Assembly (NCBI GenBank): GCA_965112155.1
Contig: OZ218100.1
Origin: Podarcis liolepis
Lineage: Eukaryota
Length of the DNA: 64,000 bases
Reading direction: 5' to 3' (one strand)
Made by a program: the position numbers and the translations under genes. Under the pieces are notes generated by a model. The model had not been told where the DNA came from and did not search any database. It was given only the letters and a program-made list of their open reading frames with translations. Below are positions 52,517-64,000 of this stretch, piece by piece; positions within the stretch are counted from its first letter, which is position 1, and each line of letters begins with the position of its first letter.

Positions 52517-55500
52517 GTAAGTGCCAAATGAATCAGATTTTTTGAAAAGTTTTCGTTCAGGGATATTACAATCAATATCATGCAAAGTTGTAAAAGAAAT
52601 GCAAACATTATCCAGATTATTTGCCATGGTGCAGCATGTTGCAGTAAATATCTTCCTCCCATCTAGCTAGGGACCATGCACATATGGAACTGGACTTGTG
52701 CACACACAATCCAAACTGGATGGGAAATCATGCACAAAAACTGTGGTTCATCAAGTTGCTGGGATGCTTCACATGTACTTTTAAAAACCTGAAATCAAGC
52801 CCATCTGCTGCTCAGGGGTAGGGGCTAGATTCTGTTCCTCATGTGCCTGCCTTCCTACTAAATGGCTGATTGGCACTATTTCAGATTTTTAAAAAAGAGG
52901 GCTACATGCACACAACTAGTATGTTCTCTGTTAAACTGAATTCTTGGCTACAATTCACCACTTACTGCTGAATTCATAACAACAATTCCTGTTGATGTCA
53001 ATAGATGCTGTTTGTGCTTGACATGTCTCATGTTCAGTGCTTGGATAACACACTGTATGTAGTGTTTTCAAGAAGTAATCACTCCTGAAGACCTAGAAAG
53101 ATACAAACTGTGTGATATTTTGCATGACACAGTTTACAATATAGTTTTCTATAAAAACCCAGAACTGATAAATAAATGTCAGATTAAATTATGGCACAGC
53201 ACCATCACCCACATTCAATTAATTATTAGTAGTGGGTCTCTGACACTGTGCCAGGGGGTAAATACATTCAGTTTGAAGGAAGAGACCTCTGTCCAAACAA
53301 TTCACTACAACAGTTTGAATGATTGATCACAATAGCTGTTGGCCTAAAATTATGGGCACCTTCCCAGTGGTGGCATTGATGTGTAGAAGGAATCAAACAA
53401 AGTAAATCGAAATGTTAGCATATTTGATGTTTTAAACAGCTGCTTCATTTAATTACATTTTCTTTTAGTGCAATAGATTTCACTCGTTGCTGTTTTGAAT
53501 ACTGCATGTTGTGTTGCTTGGCTTTTTTCACACCCAGTTAAATCGAGGTTTATATCCAAAGTGATTGTCTAGTATGCTGCCTGAGCTATTATTTAAGAGC
53601 CCAGAATCAATTCTCCATTCTTTGTGTGTGCACGCGCGCACACACATTATTCCTTTGAAAACCAAATTTAATCTCCTCTGAAAGACTTTGGCAGAACTGA
53701 TTCCTGAATTATGCTGGATCATGCCCACAGAGTACAACTGCCAAATGTCTCAGTCAGTCATTTCCTCAGCCTGTCATTTAAGCTTGCCTTGGAAGTTGAG
53801 GTCTGAGCAATCACAGAGCACTCCCACTCCCAAAACAGAATGATAGCTGGGAGGAAAGGTAACCTATCAAAACTGTTATGCTGACATGGCCACTGGACAA
53901 GTTCCAGGCTGTGCACAGTTCCTGGCAAGCATGGGAGCCTCCTTTATACATGGTTTGTAACAACATGGGAAGGATGCATATCTCTGTCAAAACCTCAACA
54001 GGGTTAATTTAAAAATGTGTGTGTGTGTGTTTTCATATTGGAAGGAGGGAAGAGATAGGAATTCACTTTCTATATTTGCTGAATTGCAGCTATATACTGT
54101 TATGACCCAGCAACTGTCAATTAAGAGCCTGAATGAATATGGACTTTACAAACTGCAGATTCATCCCCACACTTGAGAATGGCAGCCCAAGCAGTGACGG
54201 TGAGCCGCCATCTCACTTTATGCCAGGGTTAACTAGTAGTGTCAATTTAGCCCAGGATTCACACCTGATGAACTCAAGACAGAGTAGTTACAGACAGCCT
54301 CCTCTGCCTGAAGTCTCTACTCCCCAAGGACCAGTGCAGAAATACCACAAAGGGCTTTTAATGGTATCAGACACGGCCTAAAGATTAGAAGACACCACCA
54401 CCCCCATCCCACATACAGAAACTTACCAGACTGGCAGCTGAATCTTAAACCAACACTGTCGACAGGACAGTGTCTAACTCCACCACGCCTGAGGGGAACA
54501 GGCAACGTAGGGAGAGCAGGGCATATAGAGTTCTGCCCTTCAACACTTCACCATCATACTACTCTTGCCTGGGAACTTGGTGCTACCCAGTCAAACAAAT
54601 GCTGCAATGCAGTAGCACTATCTTGCATCCCATGAGCAGAGCAACACATGGCATATATATGTGATGCCGGCTGGAGTGCGTAGCCTGGGCTGCCGGCTCA
54701 TACATTAGGAGGGCAACTAAATGAAAGAGCCAGGCCAACCAAAAAGCAAGGATTGTTCTGCCAATGCACCAGGTCCTAAGGATAGGAGCAGCAGAGGGGT
54801 GAAGAGGGACTGCCAGACACAGCCTCATTCTGCCTCATGGTACTGGAAGGCCTGGCCATATTGATTGGGGCTCAACTTTGTCTTAGAATTGCATAAGACA
54901 TCCAATGATGAAGGCCATTATTGATTTGTACTAAAATGAAAAGTAGTAAGAATGTGAAATTTGAAAAATTGGGACTAGAAACCACTATCCTAGAAATATA
55001 GCCTGTTCATACGATTTATTATTAGCTTTATGATATGCTTAGTAGTGTACAGACATAGTGTCATGGTTGAAAGTGTGAGCAGGAAGCTTCCTAGTTCAAA
55101 ATCTTACCTCAGCCATGAATTTACAACATGGCCTCAGTACTATTGAGAATAATGTATGCAAAATACCATATAAAGTTTATCATCACACTAAAAGCTGTGT
55201 TCTCCAATATAATTGTATTTGATATTAATCTTATTTATTGTAATATTTTCAAATGCTGATTACCAGGATAAACAACTAACAGTTGTTGCTAAATACTTCC
55301 ATGTTTATGAGAATGCAACTTGATATTGACTATAATGCACTGTTAAAATCATTTGAGATAAATGTCAAATGCGCGCGCACACACAGTGCAGCAAAACAGT
55401 TTCTTAAAGTTGTGGTAGATAAGTCCTTCTATTTTATTGAGCAGCCCAAGCTACTGTTGGATTGGATACAGAACTCTGCTTGGCAGCCCCTAGCACGACC

Positions 55501-55888
55501 TTCCAAAAGTTTGGGAGACCCTCTGTAACATCATGGGAGGTGGGCTGGGGGCTGCAAGGGAATGGAGGCAAATCAAGTGAAAACTGCCCCCACCCCTTCC
55601 CCTCCTTCAGCGGGAAACCTTTGCTGGATTCCAGTTTCTCCACAAATGAAAGGAGCCCTTCCACTGAAATTGTGACTTTCTTGTGTACAGTTTTCTTGTG
55701 AATTTTAATACTTAACCAAATCTTCATTGCACTCTGCAAGCATAACCATACTGAACTAATTATTTAAGCCAAAGTAACAGGTATTGGTTCCAGCTTGAAC
55801 AAAATGCAGATTTTCCATAGCGATAACGATGCTTTCATTTCATATATTGTTGGCTCCTTTGTGCTTTCTATTGTTTCCTTTTCACAAG

Positions 55889-55977
55889 GCTGCTTGGCGG
55901 TTTTATGCTACTGATTGCAGACGAACAAACCTGACAGCCACTTGGCGATATTATGAAAGTATTCTTCCATCCCTTAG
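55889..55977 (+). CDS. KCNQ5: Candidate alternative exon 8a, KCNQ2/3/4-type: [29 protein letters not shown](R/S)
   Basis: 89 nt; pyrimidine tract plus AAG acceptor; AG|GCATGT (GC) donor; phase 0 to phase 2 like canonical exon 8; aligns without gaps to recalled KCNQ4 [30 protein letters not shown]. Confidence 0.85.
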
Positions 55978-56028
55978 GCATGTATCAGTGCTACAAATGA
56001 CACAAAAATGTCATGACTTGTATTGGTA

Positions 56029-56114
56029 TACTAATACGCTTTTCTTTTCTTTTTTGTTTCATCCCCTGCTCCCTCTTGCCTTTATTTCCCTTTCTTTATC
56101 ATATATTCTGCATG
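56029..56114 (+). promoter_or_regulatory. Distal branch point (TACTAAT), AG-free polypyrimidine tract and TGCATG (Rbfox) element between exons 8a and 8b
   Basis: TACTAAT at 56029-56035; no AG from there until the acceptor at 56116-56117; TGCATG at 56109-56114. Confidence 0.7.
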
Positions 56115-56117
56115 TAG

Positions 56118-56213
<96 letters not shown>

Positions 56214-57257
56214 TAGGTAAAAATTTGGCAGTTGGTGCTGTACTTGATGTCTGTTTTGAGCCTATAAAAATCAGCATGTGGTTTTGTCTTGTTGTCCCCC
56301 CCCCCTTAATACCATTTATTAAGGAACTTAGGCAGCAAACTGGGACAATTACACATCCTCCAAACATAATGACAAATCGGATTCCCATTTTCTTTTGTTT
56401 CTGAGCCATTATTACAACAAAGCAATAGAAGATTTTTTCCGCCACCAAGTCCTCAAAACCCTGCTGGAAGTTAATCTTCTAATAGCATCTAGGCAAAATA
56501 TTACCTGTGTTGGACTCAGTTAATGCTAATTCATCCTACTTCACATGGTTGGTGATATATTATTCCAATCTCTAGGGCACCACACTGGCTACCCCTGCAT
56601 TATTTATTGTCGATTTCTAGCAGCTTAGACCTGCTGACTTCCATTGGTTTCTCTCAATCTAATTGTGCTTAGAGTTAGAAGAAAAAGCAGGCGTATAAAC
56701 AGCATGTAGGTCAAAGGGCCACACTAATTTATACCAGCAGAGGTTTTGTCTTGTTACTATTCAGATTAGGAAAAGACTGAATGAAACCCAACCAACTGGG
56801 TAATTCACCACAAACAATTTGCTGCTTCTTTCAGTTTGCAGTACTGTGCTTTTTGCATAAAGCTGCTGTGTTTTTCTTTTTCTTTGTAATAAACAGAAGC
56901 TTAAATGTCACCATGTTATCCTTACTGTCAATTACATTCCACATGTTTCCTCTTCCTGTGAGAAACCTGTGTAGGAGGGTGTTAGTAATAAAACTGATAC
57001 GGCTGTTCTTCATTCCCATTAGATGGGTCATACTGATATGAATCCTGGGAAACATCTATTTTCAGTGGGAGAGAAATGCGTAGCTTTCTACTTCTATGTG
57101 TAATGGAAATGCAGATAACAATATCATTTCATCATATATGTTCCTTGTTAGATAATCATAGTTAACAAAGAAACAGTCCCTATTCATTTGAGGGAAGAAT
57201 TTGGTTGAGAGAAACATGCCTATTGCAGAAATTCCATATTAAAGAATAATCAAAATA

Positions 57258-57482
57258 CAGTGGTACCTCTGGTTGCGAACGGGATCTGTTCCGGAGGCCT
57301 GTTTGCAACCTGAAAAGGACGCAGCCCGCGTCTGCGCGGGTCGCGATTCGCCGCTTCTGCGCATGCACATGACATCGTTTTGTGCATCTGCGTGAGCGGC
57401 GAAACCCAGAAGTAACCCGTTCCTGTACTTCCGGGTCGCCGCAGTACGCAACCTGAAGCAAACGTAACATGAGGTATGACTG
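57258..57482. mobile_element. Tc1/mariner-type MITE, CpG-rich
   Basis: TA|CAGTGGTACCTC ... GAGGTATGACTG|TA. Confidence 0.85.
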
Positions 57483-58681
57483 TACTGTTTTTTAATTACA
57501 AACACACATGCAACAATATCAACTGGGCATCCTTCTAGGAATTATGACAACAAAATCATGCTTGTATTATCTACATAAGAAAGTGTTTTCCAGAGGAAAG
57601 TTCTAGAAGTTTGGAATGGATTTTAGCATGTTTTCATATGGCACAGCAATTCTTGTTATTTCTTTTGCTTTAAAAACTGTCACCAAACCATTTTGAGCTG
57701 TAAGAATAAGTGAAGATGGAAAACAAATAGATTCTGAACAAGAATCCTATACACTCCTAAACTCCTTACTCTCTCCTCTAGAGCTGAGACTTTGGTGTGT
57801 ACTACCTTTCTTACAGAAGGGAACTGAAAGTTATGTGGAGTTCTCAAGACCCATTTGTTGTGGCTAAACTATAATTGTTACTGCTATTTTACCTAACAAC
57901 AATAAAATATGGGGCAGACATACAACTGTTTAAAAAGACAAAGGGTGGCAGAGAGAGATTATGTTTAAGTCTAGTTTGTCTTCTCTTCCATTTTCCCCAC
58001 TTGGATGGGCACAGAAAGCTGATTTGTAAATTTCATCTAATTGGCAGGCACAAAGCTCATGATTGCTCCACTGGAACTCCTAAAAGCTTCAAAATAAAAA
58101 TATTTTGTTCTCAGAGGCCAGAAATGTTGGTTTTAATTGTGTTTTAGACAATCACTGTTTAGGCTTAAGAGTTAAGTAAGTTATGTAAACAGTTAAGTCA
58201 TAGTCTGACTAAATATATCACAGTGCACTTCTGGCCAACGAAAAATATTATCTGACATCAGTCCTCTGTGTGAAATCTCAGGTCCCAATTATTAAGTCAA
58301 ATGTGCTCCATTAAAACAGATATCTGCATCTAATAATAAGCCTACAGCTTTCTGTTATCTGTATATCAGCACCTGCATTTTGCCTAAATAAGTGCTTTGC
58401 CAACTCATTCAATAATGGTATGTTCTAAGCGCATTTAGCATGCCTTGAGGTGCTGTTCAAATATTTTTTCTGATGTCACGGTAGTTATATTAGACCCTGC
58501 TTGAATGTTTTGTGTTTGCTTTATAAAATGTTATTATTAAATGTATTAATTTGATTAACACAGCCAGCTGTGATATAGCATTTATCTTATAATGTTTGTA
58601 ACCACATCATAATCGGTACTGCCAGCATAACAAATTTCTTTCTTCCCCAAACTTTCTCTCTTCCGTTATTGACACCTGAAG

Positions 58682-58708
58682 GAAAGAACAAGGGGAAGCA
58701 TCTAGCAG
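58682..58708 (+). CDS. KCNQ5: KCNQ5 27-nt cassette microexon 9: KEQGEASS
   Basis: Pyrimidine tract, ctgaag acceptor and gtttgt donor; phase 2/2; matches human KKEQGEASSS. Confidence 0.9.
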
Positions 58709-60639
58709 GTTTGTGGTGTTTCTATGCATATAGTTTTAAAAATAAAAAACGTTGTTTGAGAATGGGTGCAGATCTCTGTGAATGCAGGCTCCAAATATAT
58801 TGGCACAGTATTGACTAAAAAAGCTCATGCTCAGATCCAGTAATGGGAAGAATTTAAGTACAGAATTCTAATTTTTCTAGACAAAATAATATTGTGAGAA
58901 CAGAATACTGTTCAGTATCATCTACAGATGCCTAGCAACATTTGCATATTTAATAATGGATTCTGCAGGAGTATGAACCTAGCACTATACTTCAGTGGAT
59001 AACAGAATGATTGATCAAGACTTGAAAGACATTTGTCTCTTACTATCCAGGATAACGAATTAGGGCTAGATGAATCATCCCTTGTGACAAATGAAAACAC
59101 CTCTTAGAATCTTCAGTAATTAAGTGCTTTATAAATAACTGAAATACCTAAACAAACAAGCAAACAGTCTGAAGGAGGGTGATGCCTTGTATATGATGGT
59201 TTTCCCCAGTACAACTTTTTAAATTGACACTTCTGTATATAAATTCAAAACTAATTTAGCTACTTAATAATTTAAATCACCAACTGACATAACTTTTAAC
59301 TAAATAGTGTAGTTGTGATCAATTGAAAAGACTACGTATATGACTAAAACCTGAATGGTGGATGAATATTTTCACACACTTTGAGTTATCTCATTGTCAT
59401 AACCCCCAGATCCATACCTTATGCATATTCACTCCTATTGCTGTCTAAACTCACAGAAGCAAACATCATTTGACAATCCTAACAACCACACAATCTGACT
59501 GCCTAGAGAGAGTGGGACCATGCTGGGTAGGCTGCTGTCATTTCAAATTTCCCTGCAGGTGAACATTATTATATTATAAGACAATACTCATCTGGTTTTG
59601 AGGATGAAAAGGGAATTTTGAAGGATCCCATTATATGAAGCAGGATAAACACTGTCAGGCATTTATGCACTGGCAGTATTTCTGATGTAAGTAGGGTCCA
59701 CATAATAAAAATCGAAGGCCAAGGTCCATCTAGTCCAGTATCCTATTTTCAACAGTAACTGGACAAGTATCTCTGGAAGATCACAATCACAGCATGAAGG
59801 TATTCCTTTTGCTCCTTACATGTGGTAAACAAAAGTATGTTGCCTCTGAACATGGTTCCATTTAACTATCATGCTTAATAGCCAGAGATGTACCTATTTT
59901 TATACATAAATTTGTATGATTTTTTTAAAGCATGTAAGGCAATTCATAAAGCACAATGGAATCTCTTTCACTGTGATTCAATTCCACACTGGTCTAGTAA
60001 CGTTTGTATGTCAGAAATACGTAAGCAAGGTGAATGGCCCTTCTCACATGGACCTCATCCACCTTGAGATCCCAAGGTCTCTATCCCAAGACATAAGAGA
60101 CAAGTTAGAACCTCTTTGTTTTACTTTTGGGCTTGCACTTTCCCTCTTTTTTCAACATGGCCAATGATTGGGATAATGGGAATTGTAGTCACAACAACAT
60201 CTTGAGGGCCATAGGGTCTGCACCCCTCCTCTATTTCTTAAAGCAATTTTAGTCATCTACGGCTCTTAATGTACTAGTAAGGTATACTGCAAATACAAGA
60301 TCAAAGTTGCCTTGGATACATTACTCCAAATGTGAAATGCATTACTTAAAAAGGAGGCTATGGACCATCAAAGGGAAACTGCATATGCAGTCAGAGCTAT
60401 CCCACTGCTGATTAGAGAAAGGAAATGTTCTCCTGTTGTGTATGGGTTGGTTGTTCCATCACCAGCAACAGGAATCCTGTTATACTCTGGATCCCAGTCA
60501 GAAATTTCAAGATTGGGTGAGAGCCACTTCTAACAGCTGCCAGAACCAATTTCATATTGTTCTCTTTCACATGTCCTCCTAGTGGTGCAGCAATAAAACT
60601 GCTAGCACATTTGCAAAGTTTAGCAGGGTTTAGTATGGT

Positions 60640-60750
60640 TTCAAGTTGGATAGGAGAACACTTGTTGAGATTCCTGCATTGCAAGCAGATGGATTTAGTT
60701 GATCCTTGGGGTCACTTCCAAATGTACAATTCCATGATTCTATGTATATA
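60640..60750 (+). mobile_element. CR1 3' end
   Basis: gattcctgcattgca...ttccaaatgtacaattccatgattctatg. Confidence 0.6.
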
Positions 60751-60983
60751 ATTAGCCTGACTGCTAATGCACATTTAATCCATTGTCTAGAAGTAAGTAA
60801 AACTGATATATAAACAAAACTTGGTCAGCACTGTTGCCACACTCAAGTTACTACCATAACTATTAAAAACTAAAACAGTGTTTTAAGATATTCCAAAAGG
60901 CCTGTGGAATTTATTCACAAACCTCCCACTAACTTTCATGGAGTTAATATTTAAGATATTTCAAGATCTTGAAGCATCTTTGC

Positions 60984-61121
60984 CAGGCTTCCTCAACCTC
61001 GTCCCTCCAGACTTTTTTTTGGCCTACAACTCCCATGATCCCTAGCTAGCAGGACCAGTGGTCAGGGATGATGGGAATTGTAGTCTGAAAACACCTGGAA
61101 GGCTGGGGTTGAGGAAGCCTG
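60984..61121. mobile_element. Palindromic hAT MITE
   Basis: CAGGCTTCCTCAACC ... GGTTGAGGAAGCCTG; perfect 8-bp TSD atctttgc. Confidence 0.92.
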
Positions 61122-62165
61122 ATCTTTGCTATGAATAGACCCAGCTCAACAAATCATATAAACTTAATTTTCTTCATTAACATTCATATAAACATATACA
61201 CTTGAAAAATAAGAAATACAAGACTATTGTAGAGATAAGAGACATTCATAAAAAATAAGGTTTAATAAAAGGCATCACTGTTCTTAGTTTGTATTAGCTA
61301 TCATACTTTGGGTACAGGGGTAGATAACCTTTTTGCTGTTGAAGACTGCAGTCCCTCAGGGGTAAGGAACTGCATACCACAAGCCATGGGTAAGGCCAGA
61401 GTTGGTTAAGTGAGGCTCCCACCCTTTCCTTTCCTGTCACCCATTTTACCCCCATTTCCTCCCTTCTTGCCACCTGCATGAAATTAGGCCAAGAGACACA
61501 GAGGTGGCCCACGTATGCTTTAAGACCAATGTAACAACCATATATCTACTGTAAATATGACTTCAGCATTTTAAAAACAACACACTCTTCAGTTGGCACC
61601 CTAGGCTGAGTATTATTTATTTTCTGTATTGCATATTTCAATATACAATATACAATTTCTCATTTAACTGACAACATACCCAGGTTAAAGGCTCAGGAAT
61701 TGTTGGTCACCCAAAGCCACAAAGTAAGCATAATGGGACTTAAGCTCCCAAGCCAGTGATCCACAGAGGGTGGGGGCTAGCTATGCCTTCTTGTGGTTAA
61801 TCAGTAGCCCATAGTTCCTAGTAGTTCTTAAAGTGTGGCCTACACGTATCAGCCTACATCACTTATAATCTGATACTTTGCATTAACTGATAGTATAATT
61901 GCAACATACTGTACTGTGGTGCATTTTCAGCTACTGAAAGTTAAATTCCCAGTTCAAATTTTCTTCATGGCAGCTGCTCTGTTTAGCAACTCTCATATGG
62001 GTTGAGCAGCTGCTGAATATTCCTGATTTAGAGTGTAGAAGCAAATCATGTAGTGGGGATATTCTTATGGTAAGCATAAGTGACTTGCTCTGTGGTACTT
62101 AATGGTGCCAGTGTCACTTGAGTAGCCATGTCTTGAGATGCTGTTCTCAGCCAGTGTGCAGGAAT

Positions 62166-62526
62166 ATCTATGCCCAAGGACAAGGTACCATTTTTAACCG
62201 AAGGGCCATGTTTGCTCATGGACAACCTTCTGCCAGTGGTGTTTGGGACAAGAAAAAAGTAAGTGGAGTAATGTATGTGGCTCTTCTTACCTTTGTAGGA
62301 TACATTCCAGCCATACAAAATTCAGAGGCATTACCTCAGTTCAAGGGCACATTCCAGGCAGGCAAAAACACTCAAAGGGAGACATGAAGCAGGGCAGATG
62401 AGGTGTGGCTTGGGGAGAGCAGGTATGGTCTAGCAATGGGATGTGCCCTGAGAAGAGTCCTGAGAGCCAGACAGGGGGACCTGCAGGGCCACATTCAGCT
62501 TCTATGCCTCTGGTTCCTTACCTATG
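62166..62526. mobile_element. Old hAT non-autonomous element, related to about 19968-20310 and 34742-35034
   Basis: Shares gagagccagac.g...gggccacattcag end sequence. Confidence 0.45.
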
Positions 62527-63495
62527 ATGTACAGAGTTTAGTCTTTTAATAAACATATCAGCATTAATATTCACAGGCAAAATAATAATAATAATAATAA
62601 ATAAGTAACAAGGCAGTAATATTTATATTATGAGCTGTATCCAATGGATTCCTGTGCAGCCCCCCTAAATCTGCTTTAGGGAATTGAGGGCCTCTCCAGA
62701 GCAGATTTGGGAGTGGTGCAGCGGGGAGGGGAAACAGCTGAAAATGGCTTCCTTCCTGTTCTGCTGACAAAAGCCAGTGGATACAACCTTAGTAATGTTA
62801 ACCCTTAACTGATGTTTTAAATTCTATTTTTAAATAAACAATATTTTAGATTTTTTCTGTTTTGCTAGGTGTTGCATATTTATGACTGTGACTATCAAAT
62901 AGGTTTCCCTTTTAATGGAAAAACTGCACAAACTATTGAGCATAACATACATTGTCAGTTGCACTTCAGTTTACCTTTTTTGGAAATTGAGGTGAAGGAC
63001 AATATATTTTGTACTGACCATGAGTAAACCACAATTTCTACACATTCCAGTTAAAATTTGTTGTTCACAAGAAGCTTTGCTTAAAAGATAGCTTGACATA
63101 TAACCTACATAAGATTGCTGAAAGCTTAAATAGGTTATCAATTACTGAGGGCTGTCAACAGAGAAATGAATTTTACTCCATTAGGAAGATGGGCTTTTAC
63201 TATTCTGTTATATTGTAGTAATATATTCTGATCCTGAACTTGTCTTTGGATATACATTGCAGGAGTTTTGTCTTAGATGAATGTTCAGGACTTTTGACTG
63301 TCATTTCTGGATACATTTCGTTATAATCACAATTCTGACTTCTGTTTGACACAGCAATCTTACATTTTACAATTGGCTTGTAAATTTTAAGAAACAAAAA
63401 CGGTAGCGGTCTGACTTGCCTTACACGGAAAACCTAACCCCTTTCCTCACATGGAATGCTTAGTAATATGATCCTCTATTTCCCCTCACTCCTAG

Positions 63496-63552
63496 TAAGC
63501 TTTATAGTAATAAACAGAAGCTCTTCAGGATGTACACCTCTCGGAAACATAG
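63496..63552 (+). CDS. KCNQ5: KCNQ5 57-nt cassette exon 10: KLYSNKQKLFRMYTSRKH
   Basis: tcccctcactcctag acceptor and gtatcc donor; phase 2/2; orthologous to the recalled human alternative exon KFCSNKQKLFRMYTSRKQ. Confidence 0.88.
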
Positions 63553-64000
63553 GTATCCAGCATCCTGTCTATTCACATGATATTTGGGAATGCCAACTAA
63601 CATCAGGTGCATGAAGAGTTTATTTCCCCTTCTTAATGCTTTACAGTTTTTACTCTTCAAAGGGTTCTTCATTATTTGGCTGGGTCGCCCACTACAATTG
63701 CTTGTAATTTTCCTTGTTGCTTGCTGCCTGCAATTATATACCAAAATAGCCACGCACAAAGAAATTGCCTCTTATGATTTGTGTAGCAATAATCTAAATA
63801 CTCCACACAATGGGACAAGTGCGATGTTGCAGTGCCTTAGTTTAAGACTATTTGTGCTCTTCCGTCTGATATGCTTGAGCTAAGAAATAGCTATGAATGA
63901 TTCTAATAACTAAGTTTTCCTGAGTCCAATATGATTTTTGCAATAGTGGTGTTTGGTGTTTCCACATTGTTTGGTTGTAAAGTTAGGCAGCTATAATCAC

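Noticed and set aside
56886-56901. 16-nt match (gtaataaacagaagct) to exon 10, after a pyrimidine tract, suggesting another duplicated exon
   Set aside because: Homology does not extend, there is no KCNQ-like peptide or good donor, and one AT-rich 16-mer match is plausible by chance in 64 kb.

Overview
This window is vertebrate genomic DNA. Its hAT and Tc1/mariner MITE families suggest a squamate, probably a lacertid lizard (inference). It covers the middle of the Kv7.5 potassium channel gene KCNQ5 on the + strand: exons 3-8 (S2 through the pore, S6 and helix A; numbering by analogy to human), the 27-nt cassette exon (KEQGEASS) and the 57-nt cassette exon (KLYSNKQKLFRMYTSRKH). Exons 1-2 and the 3' exons lie outside the window. 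Two things stand out. (1) A second, KCNQ2/3/4-type copy of the calmodulin-binding exon 8 (55889-55977) sits 140 nt upstream of the canonical KCNQ5 exon 8. It has matching splice phases, a GC donor, a distal branch point about 56 nt from that donor, and Rbfox motifs, which together look like a mutually exclusive exon pair. (2) An intact, intronless MPV17L2-like ORF of 188 aa is nested antisense in intron 3, with a candidate 5'-UTR splice acceptor and an upstream cluster of ATF4/CEBP-like motifs. The rest is intronic sequence rich in MITEs, LINE fragments (CR1, L1, L2, RTE, Penelope), hAT transposase fossils, a Gypsy-like LTR-PBS-gag remnant and a young solo LTR. Comparisons with human paralogues are from recalled sequences, not from a database search.
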